A stretch of DNA of 64,000 nucleotides from Microthyrium microscopicum (taxonomy: Eukaryota): the NCBI GenBank assembly GCA_010405405.1, contig MU004244.1, positions 747,895 to 811,894 of the forward strand, given 5' to 3'. Of this stretch, positions 13,014 through 28,370 are shown piece after piece. The translations under genes and the position numbers were made by a program. Each line of letters starts with the position of its first letter. The stretch's first letter is position 1. Under the pieces are notes generated by a model, which ran no database searches, had not been told where the DNA came from, and worked only from the letters and a program-made list of their open reading frames with translations.

Positions 13014-16000
13014 CTACATGACAACACAATCCTCCGGAGCTTCTTCAGCTGCTCCGTCCTGCATGCGCGCCGCCAACATCTCCAAGAATCCACGAGAGAT
13101 GTACTGGTGATTGTTTCCTGACCGACGGTTCATGTCGTTCTCGCTGGTAATCTTGTACTCGTCCTGCATTCTCTTGCGGCTCGGCAAGCCATTTGGGTAC
13201 ACATACTCCGAGTCTGAATCAGAAACTTCCTCCTCTGCCTCTTCTGGGCCTGCGCTGCTCGAATCGTTGTGCTGTGTGCCACGGTCTGTTGTTGCTGCAC
13301 GATTTTGGTTGCGGCGTCGACGGGAGCGGATGGACGAGAATTGGGATGGGTCAACGCGGGAGATACCAGACGCATGGCGGGCGGCACGACGCGCATGAGC
13401 GTCTGGAGAGAAGATTTTGACGGTTGAGTCGATGCCGGAGACAGCGAGCATTGGCTCGTAGGGGTGTGCTTCGTGAATAATTAGTGTATAGTTCAAGGAT
13501 CGCTTTTGCGACGGAATGGCTTACGTTGAACTACGTTGACAACCTCATTGTCACCCTGAAGAATATTAACCAAACGACTGGTCTTCTTGTCCCAGATGAA
13601 AAGATTGCCACAATCGCTGCCGCTGACAACATACTCGTCGTTCAATCCGTAGAAATTGACATCTTTGGTGGTATCAACATTGCAGTGGCCAACGTATTTA
13701 CGCAGATGGCTTCCAGTAGGGACGTTGGCAGCAACACGACTCTTTTGACGATAACCTTGGGTGAAAGTGTCCATGTCTTCTTCGGATTCATCTGCTGAGG
13801 AAGACTGTGTATCTTCTCTATCTGATTCGGATTCTGAATCACCTTCATCATGATCAATAAAATCTTCTTCTTCGTCTTCTTCATCATCCTCGGCATCGTC
13901 TTGATCAACCAAGGGTTGGCGTGTTGGTACTAGAAATAGGTCAGATAAAACGCCATATACAACAGACTACACACTCACATGTAGCAATTACTGAAGACTC
14001 CCTTCGAGGTCTTCTTGCAGCCGAATTTTCAAATGCTGTCGCTACAAATGCATAATTTACATCAATGGCAGCACGGTGTAGAACAGCCATACAAACACGA
14101 TGACCCCAGAACGTAACAGCTATATCACGACTAAGTGTTGGGCCGGCAGGTTCGTCACTGCTTTCTTTAGAGGGCGCATGTAAGTCGGCAAACGGAATTT
14201 TCATGATTCGGCCAAAGGCACGAACAGCCTGTTTTTCGCTTGGAAATATCTCATCGGTATTACGAGGATCATCGCCAAGTCCACCGTGTCCAGAATACAC
14301 AATCGGGAGCTCAGCAGCAAGTCCCTCGAGGTAAGGAATGAGATGAGTGTCGAGAGCTTCTATTCCAGCATCTCTTGGAACCGGAAGTCGGCGACGTGAA
14401 GCTCTTGCTGCAAATTGCGATTCTGATGAAAATTCTCGGAGCACAGCTCCTACTCCACTCTCAAGCCAAAGTAGAATGGCTTTGATAAAGTCGTACCCAA
14501 ACTGCTCGTGTCGGTCTAGTGGTTGGCTGCCTTCACGCTCTGCAGGGCGAATGATATCGTAAGATTCTAAATCGATTGATTGAGTGCGCGAGTTTGTCGG
14601 ACCAGGAGCGGTTGATTTGTAACCTAGTAGTATCCTCGCCAGTGTTCCGCTTGCTTGCGTATAGCGCCAAACTTTAGCCCGATCGTTTCGCAGTTTCAGC
14701 TCGTAATCAACAGAGGTTGAACATGTTGTGACCGGATAAGTCCGACTAGATATGTGATCATCTATCTTGTCAAAGGCATTTACAGAGGCTTGCAGTATAT
14801 CAAATATCTCTTCTCGTCGTTGGGCGGGATCGTGCTGGAAATGTGTTCTGCCTAGCGAGTTCTTCAGACTCCGAATTCGATGCGCGTGTGAACTGCCAGA
14901 GTCGGGGACGCCACTGGAAGCTCCTTGAGTGCGGCTTGACGGACGAATAGTAACAGGTACTCCTCCCATTTGTACAATAAAACTATATGCCGCGTTCGCG
15001 TTCAACGGCGTTGGAGCTACAGCATTAGACGTTCTAGGCCTCGAGTTTGGTCCATTGGAAGGAGACTCAGCGTTTATCATAGGCCGCTTTCTCTTTTTGC
15101 CACTGGATGAATTTCTCGACCTTGCTTGCGGAATAGGCGCCGATGTGGAAAACGCTTGACGATCTTGGTCTTTCATATCTTTACGTATGTCGAAAGAGTA
15201 GATATTATCCCGCATCCAACTGACAATCAGCTCATTTGGATTTGCTGTGCCAAGCTTGCATGCTGAAATGTTCTTCCCGGAATCGTTGCGACTCATTTGA
15301 GGCTGTCCATATGGTGCAAACTTGGCCACACAACGGGTTGCATCGGAAAGCACAGTCTCTGCAGCCTCGGGTGATAATGAACGAGGTACGCTTCCTCCTC
15401 TCTCCTCCAGTCTGTTCCGACCAAGCATTCGACGATCATGGAGAAAACAGTGAAGGTGAGTTCCACCAAGAGCAATGTAATGTGGTTGGCTCGGCGAGCA
15501 GCTGATAGTCCAAAGTTCCACGTTGTATGGTTCATACGTGATTAATGGAGGAGGTGCGTCAGATCGACTGGGTTGAGCACCAGATCTCCTAAAAACTGGG
15601 CTCTTTCTCGGATACGAGGATTCTGGCTGACGAATATCCCATTGTCTTACTTCACCATCCTCAGAGCATGTAAGAAAGTAGAAAGATGAGGCTTCTGTAA
15701 CTATTCGTTTGACAGACGAGTCGTGGGAGCGAAAAACCTTGCCGTTTGTGCTGTTGGAGCTTAGGTACAAACGAGAGTTTGTCGGTTGAGTCGCGCGTTG
15801 AATGTCGAATACCCTGACTTCATCGTCGCCAGCACATGACACTATGGTGCTGTCGCTCGAGTTTGGCATAAATTTGACTGAGAAAATGTTGGCGGTGTGT
15901 CCGGTATCCAGGGTAGCGGCGAGGCCGAATTGAAGTGCTCCTTGGTCTGGAAGATAAGAGTGAATGTTGATGAATTTGTCATCCGAGCCAGACGCAAGTA

Positions 16001-16229
16001 GACGACCAGATCGAGACCAGCTAAGAAACTCAAGTTAGAGAGCGAAGGACATACGGAGGGTAGAAGCTTGCCTTAATGCGTTGACGCATCCAGAATGGCC
16101 TTCAAGTTCATTAACGATGTCCAAATCTTGAACAAATTCGGGATCACTATAGAGTCCTGGAACACCAGAGAATGATCTTCGGTCACCAATTTCACGGCGA
16201 ACAAGCCGGTCTGGTAAGTCGAATTTCAT
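13014..16229 (-). CDS. WD40-repeat DDB1/CUL4-associated factor (DCAF8/DCAF6/Iqw1-like), 4 exons
   Basis: ELEGHSGCVNALSWS, TGHTANIFSVKFMP, VKRIVTE..FLTCSEDGEVRQWD, YVGHCNVDTTKDVNF, VSGSDCG, VNVVQ.HPYEPMLAVSGIDSTVKIF; acidic linker. Confidence 0.9.
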
Positions 16230-16928
16230 TATGGTGATGCAAATTGTTATCGACCAATATCATGGAAAAGACGATATGCTGAAAGCGGGGCCATTGAAAG
16301 GGCGAACCGCGAGATGTGTGGTGGCAGTTGGAGTTGTTCCCGCCTGATGACGACGATGCTGTTATTGAAATAGAGATCGAAAGTTGAAGAGTTGTAGTTG
16401 TGGACTAGAATAGGTTATGGAGAGGAGAAATAGTGGCGATGGTGGCATGAAGTCATAAGAAGAAGTTAGAAGCACGATGGAAGTTGTGCATGGAACCTTG
16501 CAAGGAAAGAAGCATCTCAAATCACACACATCTGGGCCCGGTTTGCAGTTGGCCAATCAGAGCTGCACCATCACCTATAGACAGCCTTATTGTTAGCTTT
16601 GCATTTTATCACCCAAATCGCTAGGTCCATTTCCAAAGTAAAGATGCTACTTGGTATCGCAAATCTGTAGAGGAGCTATCGACAGCCTTGAAAACACAGC
16701 CGTGCAAAAGATGTCGTAAAGTCGTACTATCGCCAACTGCGGCTGCCATGACTACAACATACAGTAGATTGACTCAAAGTCTGAAAAAGGCCATATGCTG
16801 ATGGGTATCAAATGTTTCGATCGCATTATATTACATACATAGCCCATGTAGTCAGATCTTTATCCCATTCCAGGACTTGCCAGAATCTTGCGCCAAACCA
16901 TGCCACGCTGAATATATGCAACAATCTC

Positions 16929-17305
16929 CTAGGAGCTTTTGGCTTGCTTGGTTTTGAGAGCCTTCTTCCTGTTGCTTCGAATCATAACTGTAGAGAGGAA
17001 AGATCCGACGACGGCGATTCCGAGCAGGATGAGGATGACTGGTATGCGAATTGCCCAGACTCGAGGAGGGAAGAAAGAGTGCAGAGAGTGGTCATCGTCG
17101 ACAAATGGCTAATATGCGATTAGTTCAAGCGCTCCAGCAACGGTGGAAGAATAGCATACCATCAATATAGTCCAGACAGTGTAGTAGAAGAAAACGGTGG
17201 TTGCTACGAGGAGCATGCTGAGGCCGACCAACTTGTCAAGCTTGTGAGAACAATGTTAGCGCAAAGGCTCTGGACCTGAAAAATGGGACCATGCAGACAT
17301 ACCAT
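16929..17305 (-). CDS. DPM2: Dolichol-phosphate mannose synthase regulatory subunit (87 aa, 3 exons; exon 1 coding part is ATG only)
   Basis: Exons 17305-17303, 17240-17160, 17108-16929 give MLDKLVGLSMLLVATTVFFYYTVWTILMPFVDDDHSLHSFFPPRVWAIRIPVILILLGIAVVGSFLSTVMIRSNRKKALKTKQAKSS. Absent from the ORF track. Confidence 0.93.
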
Positions 17306-17707
17306 GATGAAATTTGAGAGCGCGAGGAAAGCTTGAGGCTAAAGGAGAGTAATGAAGCTGAAGCGATGAAGAGTGGTTGAATCAGGAAAAGCTCAAGATG
17401 GAAGGAGCGAGTGCATCGTGGCCTCCTTTCCTGGCAATGCGCGCCGCACCGCGAAGGAAGGAGCAGACGCTTGGGCCACCTGTCAAGAAATATTACTGTT
17501 GTACGCTAGATCTTACTAGGTTAGACTAGCGTCAAGCAATTGCTAGCCAATCACCTCCAAGTCGTAAAATTTCTAGGCAGAGCAGACTCTCGTGATCCAT
17601 CGTCAATTCACCACCAAAACTTTAGCCCCGTCCTCACTGCAAAACTCGGCCTCCACCATTGCCTCCATATAACTCTTTTCTGCGCTTCTCTCATCGCATT
17701 CATAATC

Positions 17708-20134
17708 ATGGAGGTTGCTTCAGCAGTTCGAGTCCCTACGCCGGAACCAGAAGATACTCGTCCCAGTCCTGGCATCAAACGCAAAAGGTCTCCTTCATCC
17801 CGTTCTCCTTCCCCGCGACGTCCTCCATCACCACCTGGTCGTCGCTCTCCGCCAACCGGTCCTTCTCGAGACTCTCGTCGTGATAAGCCATCCTTCAATG
17901 GTCCACTTCCAAAAGACATCGATCGCGAACGAGCTGTAGAACGCCAGCGTCAATTTGAACATCGCCGCAAAGAGCAGCCCCGGGAAATCATAGAGCCGAC
18001 TGCAGAAGAGAAGCAAGCTGCAGCCAAGAAAGAGTATGAAGACCTTCTCGGCAAACGAAGCGGTGGTGTTTATATCCCACCAGCTCGTCTGCGGGCTCTG
18101 CAAGCTCAGATCACCGATCAAAATAGCAAGGAGTTTCAGCGAATGGCTTGGGAAGCGTTGAAAAAGTCTATCAATGGGCTCATCAACAAAGTCAATATTT
18201 CGAATATCAAGCACATTGTTCCTGAACTCTTTGGCGAAAACCTAGTACGAGGACGAGGTCTGTTTTGCCGTTCAATTATGAAGGCTCAAGCTGCTTCTTT
18301 ACCTTTTTCACCAATTTTTGCTGCCACCGCTGCCATTGTCAATACAAAGCTCCCGCAAGTAGGAGAGCTACTCGTACGGCGACTTGTTGTTTCTTTTCGA
18401 AAAGCCTTTAAGCGAAACGACAAGGCAGTCTGTATCAGCTCAACTTCCTTTCTTGCTCACCTCGTCAATCAACAAGTATGTACCGAAATGTTGGCCGCGC
18501 AATTGTTGCTACTTCTTCTTCACAAGCCTACGGATGACAGTGTGGAAATCGCTGTAAGCTTGGTCAAAGAATGTGGTCAACACCTTGAAGAAATGAGCGC
18601 GCCTATCGCCTTGGCCGTATTCGACCAATTCCGAAACATTCTTCACGAAGCTACCGATCTGGAAAAGAGGACTCAATACATGATCGAAGTTTTGTTCCAG
18701 ATTCGCAAAGACCGCTGGAAGGAATATCCAGCCGTCAAAGAAGAATTGGACCTTGTGGAAGAGGAGGATCAAATCACGCATCAAATCAGTCTTGATGGGG
18801 AAATGGAAACCCAAGATACATTGAATATCTTCAAGTTCGATCCCGAGTATGAAGAGCACGAAGAGGCCTATAAGCAACTAAAAGCCGAAATCCTCGGAGA
18901 AGCTGATGGCAGCGCTGATGAAGAATACGACTCTGATGCCAGCAGCGAGGAAGAGGAAGAGAATGTTCAAGAAAAGGAGGTGGAGATCAAAGATCAGACC
19001 AATACCGACCTGGTCAACCTTCGCCGATCAATCTATCTCACAATCAAGAGTAGTGGCACTTTCGAGGAAGCATGCCACAAGCTTATGCGAATCAACCTAC
19101 CTCCTGGACAAGAGGATGAGTTACCTTCCATGATCATCGAATGCGCTTCTCAAGAGCGCACCTTTGACAAGTTCTATGGCAACATTGGCGAGCGGTTTTG
19201 TAAACTCAATCGCCTCTGGTCGGAACTGTTCCAGGAACAATTCGTCAAGTACTACGAAACGATCCATCGCTTCGAGGCAAACCGACTCCGCATTATTGCT
19301 CAGTATTTTGGTCATCTCCTTGCTGGTGAAGGTATTGGTTGGCATGTCTTGTCCATCGTTCATCTCAATGAAGACGAAACAACCTCTTCATCTCGTATCT
19401 TCATCAAGATTCTCTTCGAAGAATTGGTTCAAGCAATGGGTCTACCCAAACTCACCGCTAAACTGCGAGATGAAATGCTTCAGCCCAGTCTGGCTGGCAT
19501 TTTCCCAACCGACGATCCCAAAAACACTCGCTTTTCCATCAACTTCTTTACTGCAATTGGAATGGGCATGCTCACCGAAGATATGCGCGAGCATCTCAAA
19601 AACATCCCCCAGCCAGCAGCTCCAGCTTTACCGGAGCATTCGGATTCCGACTCGGACAGCGTATCGTCCTACTCATCCTACAGCTCCCGTTCGCGTACTG
19701 TCTCCGAATCACGCTCCCCATCGCCTCGTCCTCGCGCCACGCGCGCCGCCTCAAGATCGCCGTCACGTAGTCCATCCCGTTCTCGCCGTAGACGAGATGA
19801 CAGCTACTCCTCTCGATCGCGCTCTCGATCGCGCTCAGTCACACTTCAAAGACGAAGTCGCACTGTTAGAGACCGTAGCGCCTCGCCATCACGTTCCCCT
19901 TCGCCGCCACCGCGCCGTGCTGCACGCCGGAGAAGTCCATCTGAAGATAGTCGGTCGCCATCACCACCTCCGCGTCGTCGCCGTCGGGAGAGCTCAGAGC
20001 TAGACGATGCACCGCCGGCTAGACGACGACGTAATTCAAGCTCAGATGCATCTGCTGCTGCACCGCGTAGGAGACGAAACTCTAGCTCGGAGGAGTCGCG
20101 CTCGCCTAGTCCACCACCACGCCGACGAAGGTAG
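17708..20134 (+). CDS. CWC22: Pre-mRNA splicing factor Cwc22 (MIF4G + MA3 domains, RS-rich tail)
   Basis: RSGGVYIPPARLR, QRMAWEALKKSINGLINKVN, ELFGENLVRGRGLF, NLRRSIYLTI, ETTSSSRIFIKILF, NTRFSINFFTAIG; single exon, first ATG at 17708. Confidence 0.97.
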   Translation: MEVASAVRVPTPEPEDTRPSPGIKRKRSPSSRSPSPRRPPSPPGRRSPPTGPSRDSRRDKPSFNGPLPKDIDRERAVERQRQFEHRRKEQPREIIEPTAEEKQAAAKKEYEDLLGKRSGGVYIPPARLRALQAQITDQNSKEFQRMAWEALKKSINGLINKVNISNIKHIVPELFGENLVRGRGLFCRSIMKAQAASLPFSPIFAATAAIVNTKLPQVGELLVRRLVVSFRKAFKRNDKAVCISSTSFLAHLVNQQVCTEMLAAQLLLLLLHKPTDDSVEIAVSLVKECGQHLEEMSAPIALAVFDQFRNILHEATDLEKRTQYMIEVLFQIRKDRWKEYPAVKEELDLVEEEDQITHQISLDGEMETQDTLNIFKFDPEYEEHEEAYKQLKAEILGEADGSADEEYDSDASSEEEEENVQEKEVEIKDQTNTDLVNLRRSIYLTIKSSGTFEEACHKLMRINLPPGQEDELPSMIIECASQERTFDKFYGNIGERFCKLNRLWSELFQEQFVKYYETIHRFEANRLRIIAQYFGHLLAGEGIGWHVLSIVHLNEDETTSSSRIFIKILFEELVQAMGLPKLTAKLRDEMLQPSLAGIFPTDDPKNTRFSINFFTAIGMGMLTEDMREHLKNIPQPAAPALPEHSDSDSDSVSSYSSYSSRSRTVSESRSPSPRPRATRAASRSPSRSPSRSRRRRDDSYSSRSRSRSRSVTLQRRSRTVRDRSASPSRSPSPPPRRAARRRSPSEDSRSPSPPPRRRRRESSELDDAPPARRRRNSSSDASAAAPRRRRNSSSEESRSPSPPPRRRR

Positions 20135-20678
20135 TTGTTAGAAGATGCAAATCATAGGCATTCAGTAATTGAAAATTGAAATAGTGCTGAACGATAATTT
20201 CTATGTAACATTTTCACCTCAAAACACTTGTTCATCCTGTATCCATTGAAGCTGACCTGCCATTGATTGAAAATAATAATCTACTAATCCGGGGAAAAAG
20301 ACATATTACCTATATGGAGCATGGCTAATCTGAGTTCGTTACGTGGAGAGCGAAATAGTGAGTTCCTCTCATTGGAAAGTTCCACTAGAAAGAGTAATAT
20401 GTATCAGAGGGTTTACGGTATACCTACCTACGTGTTTAATAGGCTTTCTACCCAACCCTTTTAATTGCTCGATTTATTTGCAAGAGCTCGGATACGATAT
20501 TGGCCATTTAGGTCACGAAGTCTTATTCTCTATTGCTATCTAACTCGAACTTCACCTATATACAATAGTAGGAAGCAATAGAGAGAGGAAATCAACATTC
20601 AAGGGCACATATATATCCAAGTAACTCCTAAATATCCAGATTGACTACTTCACGGGATCTTGAATTTTTTTCAACGCG

Positions 20679-22753
<2,075 letters not shown>

Positions 22754-22941
22754 TCCGGAATCAAGAGTCTGGCATGTATTTCGTGCTTATGAATCAACTA
22801 CATTGACCTAGAGCTTGAACTGCTTCACTAATTCCACGTCGTCGCTCTCCGATAAGTCTATGGTCTATACAGTCGAGATTGCATTAACGGCAGAATATTC
22901 TATCACAGGCATGAATCTAGGAAACAGGTCGATTCTGAGTA

Positions 22942-24995
22942 TCATTGCCCTCTGTAAGGAACCCCCAAGCCCATAAAGTCCCTAAGGTTCGCCATCAGAT
23001 CAATGCCGTTAGGATTATCTGACGTAGGCACAATCCCATTCAACTTCTCAGCACTTCCTGGCAACGCCTGGCAGACTCTTCCGTCTCGGACCTCCATATG
23101 GTCTGCATTGACTCCAGGAGTGACCCAGAAAGTGTTATTAACATCCCACTTGGACTTGATCTCTGATAACTTAGGATAGTTAGTGCCCCAGAAGGCATTC
23201 TTCCAATTCTTCGCGCCGTAATATGCCTAAAAAGTGTTAAAAAAAACTCTCAATGCAGTGACGAACTTCTGAGTCAGACTTACTTCATTGACGTAGGCAC
23301 CAGCATCGGGAGCATATCCGCGGAGAGTGTCTGCAGATGCGTATGGAGGATAGTATGGCGAGTAGCAGGAAATATAGGCTTTTCGCCATGCCGGAACGAC
23401 AGACGTATCATTGCCTTTGGCATGCGTTGCTGGACCAGATACAATCTCGATAATGTGACGAGAAGCAAATGCGCGCTTGACTTGGAACGGTGCAGACGGT
23501 AAGCCTTCAAGATGTTTTCTATCTAGCAGAATGTTATCCATTGGGAATTTACCATGTGCATTGGGCGGACTGTAGTCCCCAGTAGTGGTGTATGGAGTCC
23601 AGTCTGATGGTGCTTGTGGACTTCTTTTGCTTTGGCGCTCTGTTGGAATAAAGCTGAGATGTTCACGCAAATCTCGTTCGCGAACCATGCCTTTGTCGAC
23701 GAACAGTTTGAACAGGTTTCCGTATCTGGCTGATACTCCGGTGGTGGCGTTCGTGAGAGACTCTCCAGTTCCTGACCCTCCTGTCGTTTTACCAACCCCA
23801 GGCCACATGGTGGTGAAGAAGTCTTGATACATTGGATAAACGGAAATACTCGCCACCCAACGATCCATACCTGGGAAAGTCTTCATCTTGTTCAGCACTG
23901 GTTCCCATATAGACTTCGCATATGCTTCTGTGGCATTTTCTCCCACAAAGATACTGCCTCCCATGAAGCCATAAGGCGTCGTAAGGAAGATACCACCAGT
24001 CCCTTTGTCGACCATCGAAGGAAACTGGCTTCCAAGGTAAGCGATTGCATCGTATAGCCCAGCTGCGTCCTTGCCATCTGTCCGATTCAAGTAGCTGTTC
24101 AGCGTCGCTGTTGACGAATTTATGGCAACGAGATACAAGACTGTCGGAGGCGAAGGATATACTTTGACGGTCGCTTCAGTGACAACTCCCCATGCGCCAC
24201 CTCCACCACCGCGGAGAGCCCAGAAGAGATCAGGGTTTGTCTTGCTGTTGGCAACCTTGAGCTTGCCGTCCGCAGTGACGACTTTGAATTCCAAAAACTG
24301 GTCGACTCCGATGCCGTAGAGGTGGCTGACGAACGAGTGGCCGCCGGATTGCCCCCATCCTCCAGCCACTGATACGGTAGCTATTGGTCATATTAGCAAT
24401 TAGTCTTATCGTATTCGTGTTTTTGAGTAGTACCAGCTCCTCCAGATACTGCGAATAGCTTACTAGCCTTCAGTGCTCTGTTGAGCTCTGAACCCACCAC
24501 GCCCACGCCAAAAGTTGCCGCCGACTGCTTTCCAGGCGCGTGAAGATTTGAGACGAGAGCTACTGGCTGACCAGGCACTGGACTTTTAGCTCCCTCAGAA
24601 GTTGGTATGAAGTTGGAAGTCACAGTGACTCCTCTGAGCTGGGAAACATCCAGTGAGAGACCAGATGATGCATCGTTTCTACCCTGGTAATCATGGCCAG
24701 TGTTGATGATAGAAATTCTGAGATTATGTTTTGTGACGAACTGGACCGCTTTCTCCACATCAGAAGCGGATTTTGGTATATATCTGTAATCCGGCCGGGC
24801 AGTTCCAAGCCAGTTGACCTTTCTAGGCAGAACGCCAGGAAGGGCAGACTGCCATTGGGCCAATGTTGGAAAAGTAGTGTCCGTTTTCAGAACAGTACAA
24901 TTCCCAGGAACAAACTGTCTGCTTGTTTCTGTGCCTGAAGCACCAATTACATGCTGAAATAAGAGGGCTAAGGTAGGCGATATAAGAAGCTTCAT
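22942..24995 (-). CDS. Secreted FAD-linked oxidoreductase (berberine-bridge-enzyme-like), 3 exons
   Basis: Signal peptide; NTGHDYQGRN (FAD-linking His region), GGWGQSGGHS, NPDLFWALRGGGGG, GAYVNE, FWGTNYPKLSEIKSKWD in the last exon. Confidence 0.92.
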
Positions 24996-25746
24996 GGCGA
25001 ACTGCTCCCCGGAATGTCAAAAGTCTATTCCTGAGTAGCTAAGAGAATCTAGCAAGAAACGGGCTTCATAGCCAGTGATATATAATAGAGGTTTACATCT
25101 TGACTGTTGACAGCTTCGGCACGGATTACCAGTAGTATGCTCTATATATTAAATCATTCATCGTGGCCGGCCGTTGTCAACACTAATTGCAACAAACTTG
25201 AGCATCTTCTTTTCAAACACTAGGCTCATTTCTTATATTCAAAGTTGGGCAGAAGCCATCCGAGTGCGAAAATAGAGTACTCAAAGTACTTTAGACCTAT
25301 TGGTGCAGTGCACGCTGTACCTGAACAACTAATCTATTTAGCTTTTTCATTTGTGTTTACTCCTAGCTTCATCGTGACTTTCCTCTACATTGTTGAAACT
25401 TTCGACTTCGGTTCTGATCAGGAATCTCACCATGACTTATGGAACTACTGTGATCGTGGTGAACTTCACAAACGGCTGGGTCGTTGGTGTTTGAATCGAG
25501 CGTCTCTTGAAATTGAAACGAGCTAAACGTATATTATCGGTGTCGAAACGACATCTAATCCTTCTCACCAACGCTATTCTCCAAATGCAGCAAATGCACC
25601 TCCATCTTATAAAGCTATTACCTGTGACCGATCTCTGGATAGGAAAAAACAATAAATGGGGTATCTGATCAATCGCAAAAAGGGCAAACACGTCTACACT
25701 GCAAAATACATCAACAAGACACCCCCAGTGATACTTCCAATACTAC

Positions 25747-27433
25747 TTAAATATCTTTCTTTCCCTCTAGCTCATCCCCCGTCAGTCCGCCGTCCACGCC
25801 AGGCACGGCGTGCTCTTTATCTACCGCTTCATCAAGCGGCGGGATGGTTTTCTCGTTTAGTCCGGGTGTTTTTGCATCCAGGTCTCCGGGGCTCAGTGGC
25901 GGGCTGCCTAGAGGAACATTGTTCTGCGCAGCTAATTCTGCTGCAGTCTGCCACTTTGCCACATCTGCCTTGAGCGCTGCAAGTTCCTTCTGGAAGCGGT
26001 TGCCAAATACATCAATATAGTAGGTAGCGCCATTCCACACGCTCCATGTGAACACAGAGGCTAGAAATAGGCCTGACGCCCAACGGCTCCAGAACCAGAG
26101 TGGGCAGGGGAGCATGGTGAGTAGCGCATAGGCATACTGGATGAACATGTATGCCGGCTCCTGCACTGCGTCTGGGAGCGAGAGCACGATGCGTCCAATC
26201 CAGACATTGGCGAAAGATTTTCGCAGCCACGTAAATGAAGTAGGTCGGCCAGCGGCGATCTGGTCTCGACGGCGCACGGAGATCAAGAAGTGGTAGGATA
26301 GTTGCCACACAGCGTAGGGCCAGCTGGCCCAGAACATCATCTGTGGGAGTGTGTAATGTTCGGGAGAGCCTTTCGTAGAAGTGACGATTGCGTGGATAGC
26401 AGGGTAGTGTTCTTTTTGGTAAGGGGCAGGGAGAAGATGGACCAGACAATGCAGAGTTACACATGGCATGATATGAATGAATAAACTAAATATGTTATCA
26501 GCAACTGGACTACAGGGTAGAAAACCAGACTTACCTGACAATTTTGTCCATTGAGTGGAAGACGAGTGAGTTGCGCCACATAGCTATCGCGATGGCGTTG
26601 TTTCCAAATGCGAGACAATATGCACTAATAAAGACGCGTTTGGAGCGTGGAAAGATGTATATGCTTGTGACGACCAGAATGTTGACAAAATAGCATAGAT
26701 CAGCGAGGAAATAATGGTAACCCTTCTTGCGGTATGTGTAGAATCGAATGGGCAGGAAGTATGCCAACTGGACTGTGTACCAGTAATGGAATAACTCTGG
26801 ATGCGCTCCAACTAGATATCCGCAGATGAAGATATTGAGGACACCGGCTATAAATGAGAACTTTTCCCAGAGCGTCACAGATCTCGAATCTTGCCATAGC
26901 TTAGATAGGCGGTCCACAGATCTTCGCATACGTTTCTTATAGCGGTCCAACTGCTCGTCGGAAGTTGGTACCCGGCGACGCCATTCTTCTATCACGCGCT
27001 CCCGCGCCTGTTGGCTTGAGGTCTTGATACGTTCTTGCGAGCGACTAGCGCGCTGTGTTAAAGTATGATGAAATTTCTCCAGTCTTTGAGGCAGAGCAAG
27101 ATTCTCGAGTAGGTCGAACATGGTCAGTCGCTCGATGGGTTGCTCATCAAAGTCGGAGAAGGAATTATTTCGCGATAGCGCTCCCGGCGTGGGAGGAGTT
27201 GATGCTGTGTAGGCATGAGAGTCGTAAGAATCGCCAGACGCAGATGGCGGAGTATCATTTGAGTTTGACGTAGCCAGATTTCTGCCGTCTGAAGGAGGCT
27301 CTTTCGGGCCTGGTTCAGTCATGTCGCGAGAATCTTGTTCGAGAAGCTGGAAGATGGACTTTGCTGTCGATGATCGACGTAGGGAGGGGATTGAGTGACG
27401 TGGAGACGAATGAGGAATTGTAGGAACTGTCAT
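25747..27433 (-). CDS. GPC1: Glycerophosphocholine acyltransferase (DUF2838), 2 exons
   Basis: YHYFLADLCYFVN, AIAMWRNSLVFHS.DK, SLFIHIMP, GRPTSF.WL, VWNGATYYIDVFG.RF; intron 26486-26534. Start could be a downstream Met. Confidence 0.88.
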
Positions 27434-28370
27434 ATTGACAAGCCGAGGTCAGCACAGCATCACTGAGACAGGCTTCTAGAGATGGAGGAATGCGATCGCA
27501 GGATAGATATGGAGAAGGATAGTTGAGATGGGTGAGAAACTTACGGATGGGAAATGAGGACGCGGGAAATATGTATGTGAAATGCAATCTATGCAGGCAG
27601 CTCACCGCTTGCAGGTTGCTTGTTGACTAGGAGGCGTTTCTGGGGCTTTGCGGGGTTTATCGGCCACTAGAGATCAGATGTACAGCAGCATCGAGATAGC
27701 AAGCTGGTGATGGTCAAATCCGTGTTTTGGAGGTGGTTCTCGCGATAGACATGGACCGTTGTTGTCTCAACTCAGCTCAACGTGGTGGAATCGATGTTGT
27801 CACTGGCTGAATGGCGCCTGCCACCTTGCCATTTCTTTAGGCATGGCGCCGTGGCGCGACTGCCAGCTTCTAATCCCTGTCACACGTTCATTGGTCGAAG
27901 CTTAAGATATCGTTGGCTTCAGCCTTACTGCCAGCCTTATGCTTGCCCTGGAACCTGAACACTCATTATTATTCGACTATAATTGACACAAGTAACACTG
28001 ATCAATAGTCGTCAATAGTCATTCTGAGTGGAAGATTGCCTATCTTTTGAAAATTTGCGCTCGCTTCAAACTTCCAAACACTAGGCACAAGGGAAGCAAT
28101 TACATGAGGAAACATGCACTCAATGTTCAAGTCAATGGCAATGGCTTAGCTGATCAAGTTTGAAGCTAACTGGCACAGTTCCTACTGCCTCAATCGAAAC
28201 CCAAGTTGCTACTGCTGTGTTTGGCAGCTTGAGAAAAATCTCCGCACACAAAACCCAACACCCCAGTCTCTAATTCATCTCCACCACTTCTGCACACCTT
28301 AACTATCGTCCTTGTCCTCTATTACATCTCTTCTACTGCACTCTTGCTCAGATAGTTTGAGAATCTGAGA

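Noticed and set aside
16812..17123. 103-aa plus-strand ORF
   Set aside because: Antisense shadow of DPM2.
17540..17707. N-terminal extension of CWC22 in the ORF track
   Set aside because: Starts at TTG and reads like pyrimidine-rich 5' UTR; the first ATG in good context is 17708.
19164..20003. 279-aa alternative-frame ORF inside CWC22
   Set aside because: Off-frame shadow in GC-rich, low-complexity RS-coding sequence.
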